DNA of 64,000 nt, from assembly GCA_017656185.1 (NCBI GenBank), contig JACDOK010000009.1:1227-65226 (forward strand), written 5' to 3'. The notes beneath the pieces were generated by a model. It worked only from the letters and a program-made list of their open reading frames with translations, had not been told where the DNA came from and did not search any database. Source of the stretch: Peptococcaceae bacterium (lineage in GTDB: Bacteria > Bacillota > Desulfotomaculia > Desulfotomaculales > JACDOK01). The first letter of the stretch is position 1. Each line of letters starts with the position of its first letter. The position numbers were made by a program, and so were the translations under genes. Below are positions 59,550 through 64,000 of this stretch, one piece after another.

Positions 59550-59580
59550 GCAATGAACAGTAAGCAGTGAGGAGTGAGCG
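59538..59580. repeat. GTAAGCAGT / TGAACAGTAAGCAGTGA / GGAGTGAG word module overlapping the ybeY stop codon
   Basis: GGTAAGCAGTAAGCAATGAACAGTAAGCAGTGAGGAGTGAGCG. The 17-mer TGAACAGTAAGCAGTGA is identical to 38394-38410. Confidence 0.75.
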
Positions 59581-59605
59581 TAACTTATGTAGAACGTAGG
59601 GCGGT

Positions 59606-59708
59606 GCCCAGCACTCAGGGCTGATTACCATAAGTAAGAGCGTTAAGAGTCGAGTTATATGAACAAGAAGGGACATTTGAATGCTCTATTGTTGACTGAG
59701 TGCTGGGC
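59606..59708. mobile_element. MITE-like element copy D (103 bp) between ybeY and cdd
   Basis: GCCCAGCACTCAG - 77 nt - CTGAGTGCTGGGC, followed by GTATCACAG and the cdd RBS. Confidence 0.6.
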
Positions 59709-59740
59709 GTATCACAGCGACCATAAGGGAGTGAAGTTTT

Positions 59741-60133
59741 ATGTCACCTATGTCCGATAAAGCTCTAATTGAAGCCGCCCTTAATGCCCGCGAACAGGCC
59801 TACGCCCCTTATTCGCGTTTTCGGGTGGGTGCGGCCCTGCTGACTGCAGATGACAAGGTTTATACAGGTTGTAATGTGGAAAACGCCTCCTTCAGCATGA
59901 CCATATGTGCGGAACGCGTAGCTGTTTTTAAGGCCGTCTCAGACGGGAAGTTTGATTTCAAAACTATTGCCGTGGCGGCGGACGGTGAGCATTTCTGTCG
60001 TCCCTGCGGGGCCTGCCTGCAGGTTTTGGCCGAATTTGGCTTGGATACGCGGGTGTTAATGGCGAATGAAAAGGGATTGTTTGAAGAACGTACACTTGCA
60101 GAATTGCTCCCGGCGGCTTTTCAGTTGATCTGA
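59741..60133 (+). CDS. cdd: Cytidine deaminase
   Basis: 130 aa. CAER (zinc/catalytic) and CRPCGACLQ motifs. Confidence 0.92.
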   Translation: MSPMSDKALIEAALNAREQAYAPYSRFRVGAALLTADDKVYTGCNVENASFSMTICAERVAVFKAVSDGKFDFKTIAVAADGEHFCRPCGACLQVLAEFGLDTRVLMANEKGLFEERTLAELLPAAFQLI

Positions 60134-60149
60134 TTACAATGGAATATCC

Positions 60150-60248
60150 GGTAGAGATCCAATAGAGATCCGGTTGAGATCCGGTAGAAACACAGTGGAA
60201 ACACAATAGAGACACGGTGGAGACACAGTAAAGATCCGGTAGAAATCC
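60150..60248. repeat. Tandem array of nine exact-phase 11-nt units (consensus RGTAGAGAYCC)
   Basis: Units: GGTAGAGATCC AATAGAGATCC GGTTGAGATCC GGTAGAAACAC AGTGGAAACAC AATAGAGACAC GGTGGAGACAC AGTAAAGATCC GGTAGAAATCC. Followed by GGAATACCCGAAA. Confidence 0.9.
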
Positions 60249-60358
60249 GGAATACCCGAAATCTATGTTTGGATTCCTTTGAGATTACGGGAGGGTTACA
60301 AACCTCCCCTGCGTTCTATAGTAGTTACTTAGGAATAGGAAGGTAGTCCAATAACGTC

Positions 60359-60685
60359 TTACTTTGATAAGGTTTGTAGTTTCTCTTCCTGGTTAGTTAA
60401 ACGGTTGTCAAGCTTTTTAATGTCATCCCAAATATAGCACAGCTCTTTGCGAATCTTTTTCTGGCCGTTTTCCAGGCGAATTAAGCGTTCTTCAAGCGCC
60501 GCCTGGCCCTTTTCAAGCGTTGCCTGGCCTTTTTCAAGTACCGCCTGGCCCTTTTCAAGCGCCGCCTGGCCCTTTTCCAGGCGTTCAAGGCGCTGGCCCT
60601 GGGCTATTTGCTCACGACGCAATTCATCTTGCCCTTGACGCAGTTCCTTGAGCTCTGCCAGGATTTGTTCCAAAACTTTTTCCAT
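60359..60685 (-). CDS. Hypothetical coiled-coil protein with four LEKGQAx heptad repeats
   Basis: 108 aa. ..RLERLEKGQAALEKGQAVLEKGQATLEKGQAALEERLIRLENGQ.. No recognisable catalytic or DNA-binding motif. Confidence 0.6.
   Translation of the reverse strand: MEKVLEQILAELKELRQGQDELRREQIAQGQRLERLEKGQAALEKGQAVLEKGQATLEKGQAALEERLIRLENGQKKIRKELCYIWDDIKKLDNRLTNQEEKLQTLSK
60492..60575. repeat. 4 x 21-nt tandem repeat inside the coiled-coil gene
   Basis: TCAAGCGCCGCCTGGCCCTTT x4 with 1-3 substitutions per unit. Encodes the heptads. Confidence 0.9.
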
Positions 60686-61051
60686 GGTACTGGCTTTTTC
60701 CTCCCAAGCGCCCCTATAATAAATCTATACTACCATAAATAAGAGAGAAGTGGAAGGACTTTCCTCTTATATCCTGTATCCCACATCCCAATTGCCCGCT
60801 TTAATGTAACTTAATATTTAGAAATATTAACAATATAAACAATTCAACCTAAAGAAAGTAGACAGTATCTCAATTACTAATTACCCACGCCGACTGTATC
60901 GTCATAGGGATAAAACTATTAGTCGAAACATAGTGAATCTAAAGATCGTAACAAGTTTCTTAATTGCCTGGTTCAATTTCAGTTGATAAAACTGTTCCCA
61001 AATGGTAACTTATAGTAATGCCATATCTTATTTACGATATGAGAAGGTGAT

Positions 61052-61963
61052 TTGGTGTCCGAAACGGGTAGTACGTACAAATCGGGCTTTGTAGCGGTTA
61101 TTGGACGACCCAACGTCGGCAAATCAACCCTTGTTAATAATCTCGTAAGACATAAGGTGGCCATCACCTCCAATAAGCCTCAGACCACCCGCCACCGTAT
61201 TCGTGCCGTGCTGACACGTGAAAACGCTCAAGTTATTTTTGTAGATACCCCCGGTATCCACAAGCCGAAGCACCGGTTGGGCCGGAGGATGGTAGATGCC
61301 GCGTTGGATACCCTGAATGATGTGGATCTGATCCTGTTTTTGATGGAAGCGCACAGAGAACCCGGACCAGGAGACGATTTCATTCTTTCTTACCTTGAGA
61401 AGGTCCATACGCCGGTGTTTCTGGTGATCAATAAGATTGATCTGGTAGCTAAAGACAGGTTATTACCTTTCATAGACGACATGACTCGTCGTTTCAATTT
61501 CGCCGAAGTAGTTCCCGTTTCAGCTTTAAACAACGATAACTTGCAGCGGTTGGAGAATTTGATTATATCTTACCTGCCGCCCGGTCCCCAATATTATCCC
61601 GCGGATATTGTGACCGACCGTCCGGACCGGTTTATCATTGCCGAATTGGTGAGAGAAAAAGTGCTTAAGCTGACGACCCAGGAAGTCCCCCACAGTGTGG
61701 CCGTAGTGATAGAACAAATGGATACCAAACCCAACAATGTGGTGGTTATCAATGCTACAATCTATGTGGAAAGGGAATCGCAAAAGGCCATTCTTATCGG
61801 TCGCGGGGGCAGAATGCTTAAAGAGATCGGACGTTTGGCACGGGAAGAAATAGAAAGCCTGTTGGGAGTCAAAGTGTATCTTGAACTATGGGTGAAGGTA
61901 AAACCCCGGTGGCGCGAGAAGGAGGGCGCCTTACAGGAGTTTGGGCTTGGCAAAGATTTGTAA
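61052..61963 (+). CDS. era: GTPase Era
   Basis: 303 aa. GRPNVGKSTL (G1), DTPG (G3), NKID (G4), C-terminal KH domain. TTG start with RBS GAAGGTGA. Confidence 0.93.
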   Translation: MVSETGSTYKSGFVAVIGRPNVGKSTLVNNLVRHKVAITSNKPQTTRHRIRAVLTRENAQVIFVDTPGIHKPKHRLGRRMVDAALDTLNDVDLILFLMEAHREPGPGDDFILSYLEKVHTPVFLVINKIDLVAKDRLLPFIDDMTRRFNFAEVVPVSALNNDNLQRLENLIISYLPPGPQYYPADIVTDRPDRFIIAELVREKVLKLTTQEVPHSVAVVIEQMDTKPNNVVVINATIYVERESQKAILIGRGGRMLKEIGRLAREEIESLLGVKVYLELWVKVKPRWREKEGALQEFGLGKDL

Positions 61964-62177
61964 ATTTATACTTCTTTTAGCAATTTTGGAAGGATTATTA
62001 TATAATAGTATAGAATAAAAAATTACAATGCCGCGCAGCGTACCGGTAGTGCTGGGCCGCAGGTTACCGGGTTCCAATCGGAAAGGCTGACCGGGAGAAG
62101 CCCTGCCCGGGGTTTACCGGGTGCCAAGTGCGTTCCGACTCATGGTTGTGGAGTATGGTTTTAAAGCAAAGGCCAGT

Positions 62178-62387
62178 TTACTCCCGGGTTGCCTTGATGG
62201 GAATGGCCGGTTTTAAGAAGGTGCGCTGCGCTTTTTTTAATGAGCAGCCATAGTTATTTCTAAACCTCGTTGTTGAACCTGTGTACCGCGGCCGGCGATT
62301 GGTTAGGGTATTTATGGCATGCTCTTTCATAATTCTGAGCCAAAAACGGTTTAACCGCAAAGATTCCCTTACAAAATGATCAGGCAT
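62178..62387 (-). CDS. Hypothetical very basic 69-aa ORF downstream of adhE
   Basis: ATG preceded by GGAAGGAGAG. No motif recognised and it may be non-coding. Confidence 0.2.
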   Translation of the reverse strand: MPDHFVRESLRLNRFWLRIMKEHAINTLTNRRPRYTGSTTRFRNNYGCSLKKAQRTFLKPAIPIKATRE

Positions 62388-62445
62388 TCCATTAACTCTC
62401 CTTCCAATTATTAGTAGTATATGAGGGTTAATGGCAGCAGGTTCC

Positions 62446-64000
62446 TCAGTGCGTTAAGCCTGATTCCGGCTGGTGTGTAATCTGATCCGCCTCCGGTATA
62501 AAGATTTTATCCGGTCGGGCTTCATCCGGTAAAACTTTGGTTAACCCGGGACCGTAAGCTTGCTTGAGGATTTCTTCCAGCTCGCTTACCAGCGGGGTAC
62601 GGGGATTGGTTACTGTGGTCTGGTCCTCGTAGGATTTCTCGGCTATTAATCTAAGCTTCCGCAAATACTCCCGGGCGTCAACACCGCATTCCTCTACTGT
62701 TTCGGGCATATCTATTTCGCGCATTAGTTTCTTAATGGCATCAATCAGGCTGGTGATTCCTTCCTCCGGGGTTGATGCGGGCAGCCCCAGGTAATGTGCA
62801 ATTTCTTGGTACCGTTGGGGTGCCTGGTAATATTCGTATTTGGGCCAGGCTGTTAGTTTGGTGGGCCGTGAAGCGTTATAAGCGATCACGTGTGGCAGGA
62901 GGATGGCGTTGGCCCTGCCGTGGGGGATATCAAATTCCCCGCCGAGTTTGTGGGCTAAAGCGTGATTGACCCCCAGGAAAGCGTTAGTAAAAGCCATGCC
63001 TGCAAGGGTGGCGGCGTTATGCATCTTTTCCCTGGCCTTGCGGTCACCAGGGTCATGATAGGCTCGCGGCAGATAACGAAATACCAGTTCGATAGCTTTC
63101 AACGCTAACCCGTCGGTATAGTCGGAGGCCATTACCGAAACGTAGGCTTCGATGGCGTGTGTCAAAACGTCCATCCCGGTGTCGGCCGTCAGCCCCTTTG
63201 GCAGCGTCATCACGAGATCCGGGTCGATAATGGCCACATTGGGGGTTAGTTCGTAATCTGCCAGCGAGTACTTTATATCATTGCCTTTATCGGTTATGAC
63301 GGCGAAAGCTGAAACTTCCGACCCGCTGCCGCTTGTGGTGGGGATGGCGACCAACCTGGTTTTGCGTTTAACCTGCGGGTACTTGTAAGTGCGCTTGCGG
63401 ATGTCGAGAAACTTTAACTTCATAAATTCGAATTTTACTTCCGGGTGCTCGTAGAAAAGCCACATTCCCTTAGCGGTGTCAATGGCTGAACCTCCGCCGA
63501 GAGCGATAATAGTGTCCGGTTTGAATTCCTGCATAAGAGCGCAGCCTTTCTGCACCGTGCTTAGCGAAGGGTTGGGCTCGACATCGTCAAATACTTCAAT
63601 GTTGACCCGGTTCTGCCGTTTGGACAGGTAATATTCCACCTTATCGACGTAGCCCATTTCTCGGAGGATATGGTCGGTGACGATAAACACTCGTTCGATG
63701 CCGGGCATCTTGGACAAATACCGCAGGGCCCCGGTTTCAAAGTATATTTTGGGGGGTACTTTAAACCACTGCATATTGACCCTGCGCTTTGCTACCCTTT
63801 TAATGTTGATCAGATTGACGGCGCTGATATTGGCGGTAGTAGTATTATGCCCGGCGTAACCGCAGCCGAGCGTTAGGGAGGGGGTCAGTATGTTGTAGAG
63901 ATCGCCGATGGCTCCGTGAGTGGCAGGCGCATTTATAATGATGCGCCCGGCCTGCACCTGGTTGGAAAAGCGCTCGATAATTTTCTTATCTTCCGAATGG
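62446..64000 (-). CDS. adhE: Bifunctional aldehyde/alcohol dehydrogenase AdhE, C-terminal iron-ADH part (5' end outside the window)
   Basis: The frame is open to the window end (..IIERFSNQVQAGRIIINAPATHGAIGDLYN..). Fe-ADH motifs GGGSAIDTAK and HAL.H.L. Confidence 0.9.
   Translation of the reverse strand, partial: HSEDKKIIERFSNQVQAGRIIINAPATHGAIGDLYNILTPSLTLGCGYAGHNTTTANISAVNLINIKRVAKRRVNMQWFKVPPKIYFETGALRYLSKMPGIERVFIVTDHILREMGYVDKVEYYLSKRQNRVNIEVFDDVEPNPSLSTVQKGCALMQEFKPDTIIALGGGSAIDTAKGMWLFYEHPEVKFEFMKLKFLDIRKRTYKYPQVKRKTRLVAIPTTSGSGSEVSAFAVITDKGNDIKYSLADYELTPNVAIIDPDLVMTLPKGLTADTGMDVLTHAIEAYVSVMASDYTDGLALKAIELVFRYLPRAYHDPGDRKAREKMHNAATLAGMAFTNAFLGVNHALAHKLGGEFDIPHGRANAILLPHVIAYNASRPTKLTAWPKYEYYQAPQRYQEIAHYLGLPASTPEEGITSLIDAIKKLMREIDMPETVEECGVDAREYLRKLRLIAEKSYEDQTTVTNPRTPLVSELEEILKQAYGPGLTKVLPDEARPDKIFIPEADQITHQPESGLTH

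Noticed and set aside
60150-60248. Possible CRISPR array
   Set aside because: The units are 11 nt and contiguous with no spacers, and no cas genes are nearby. It is a simple tandem repeat.
62020-62080. A T-box or other riboswitch after era (glyQS follows era-recO in Bacillus)
   Set aside because: No T-box sequence (GGGTGGTACCGCG), no specifier-loop features and no downstream gene on the + strand.
62178-62387. The basic 69-aa ORF as a transposase or IS fragment
   Set aside because: No transposase motif was recognised and no inverted repeats flank it. It is retained only as a low-confidence hypothetical ORF.

Overview
This is a chromosomal window from a spore-forming, anaerobic Firmicute. The class-level guess (Clostridia, Peptococcaceae/Desulfotomaculum-like) is inferred from gene content only. 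The backbone matches the conserved Bacillus 'yqe-yqf' neighbourhood: rpsT, holA, lepA, hemW, hrcA, grpE, dnaK, dnaJ, prmA, rsmE, mtaB, rpsU, spoVA, yqfC, yqfD, phoH, pgpH, ybeY, cdd, era. Interleaved with it are metabolic and accessory modules: metA-metY, thiM, mnmA-iscU-nifS, a Cd/Zn P-type ATPase with its ArsR/SmtB repressor, fdhD, a minimal SufBC system, an arsenic island, a Crp/Fnr regulator with Ni-CODH (cooS), spoIIP, a divergent membrane-bound [NiFe] hydrogenase operon, a PepSY/SLH wall protein, crcB-DUF190, an ECF sigma/anti-sigma pair, DUF1848, and the 3' part of adhE. No tRNA, rRNA, CRISPR array, transposase or integrase was recognised. The observations most worth a second look are these. 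(1) The arsenite methyltransferase gene is interrupted by an in-frame TGA at the column of a conserved As(III)-binding Cys. A perfect 8-bp hairpin follows it, so it is a probable selenocysteine ArsM. (2) A dense, mosaic family of intergenic repeats is not explained by any gene. It includes ~101-104 bp MITE-like units bounded by 13-nt inverted repeats (GCCCAGCACTCAG), and exact 11-nt-period tandem arrays. It also includes CAGGATT/GGA-rich word arrays and a conserved word placed on or immediately after two stop codons. (3) An archaeal-type chaperonin sits inside the CIRCE-controlled dnaK operon. (4) The [NiFe] hydrogenase lacks a twin-arginine signal and the RIEGH motif, and has Cys->Asp in the first small-subunit Cys motif. 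(5) Two apparent frameshifts occur, in hypC and in a DUF3243-like gene. All functional calls come from reading the translated ORFs and motifs by eye. No database search was run.
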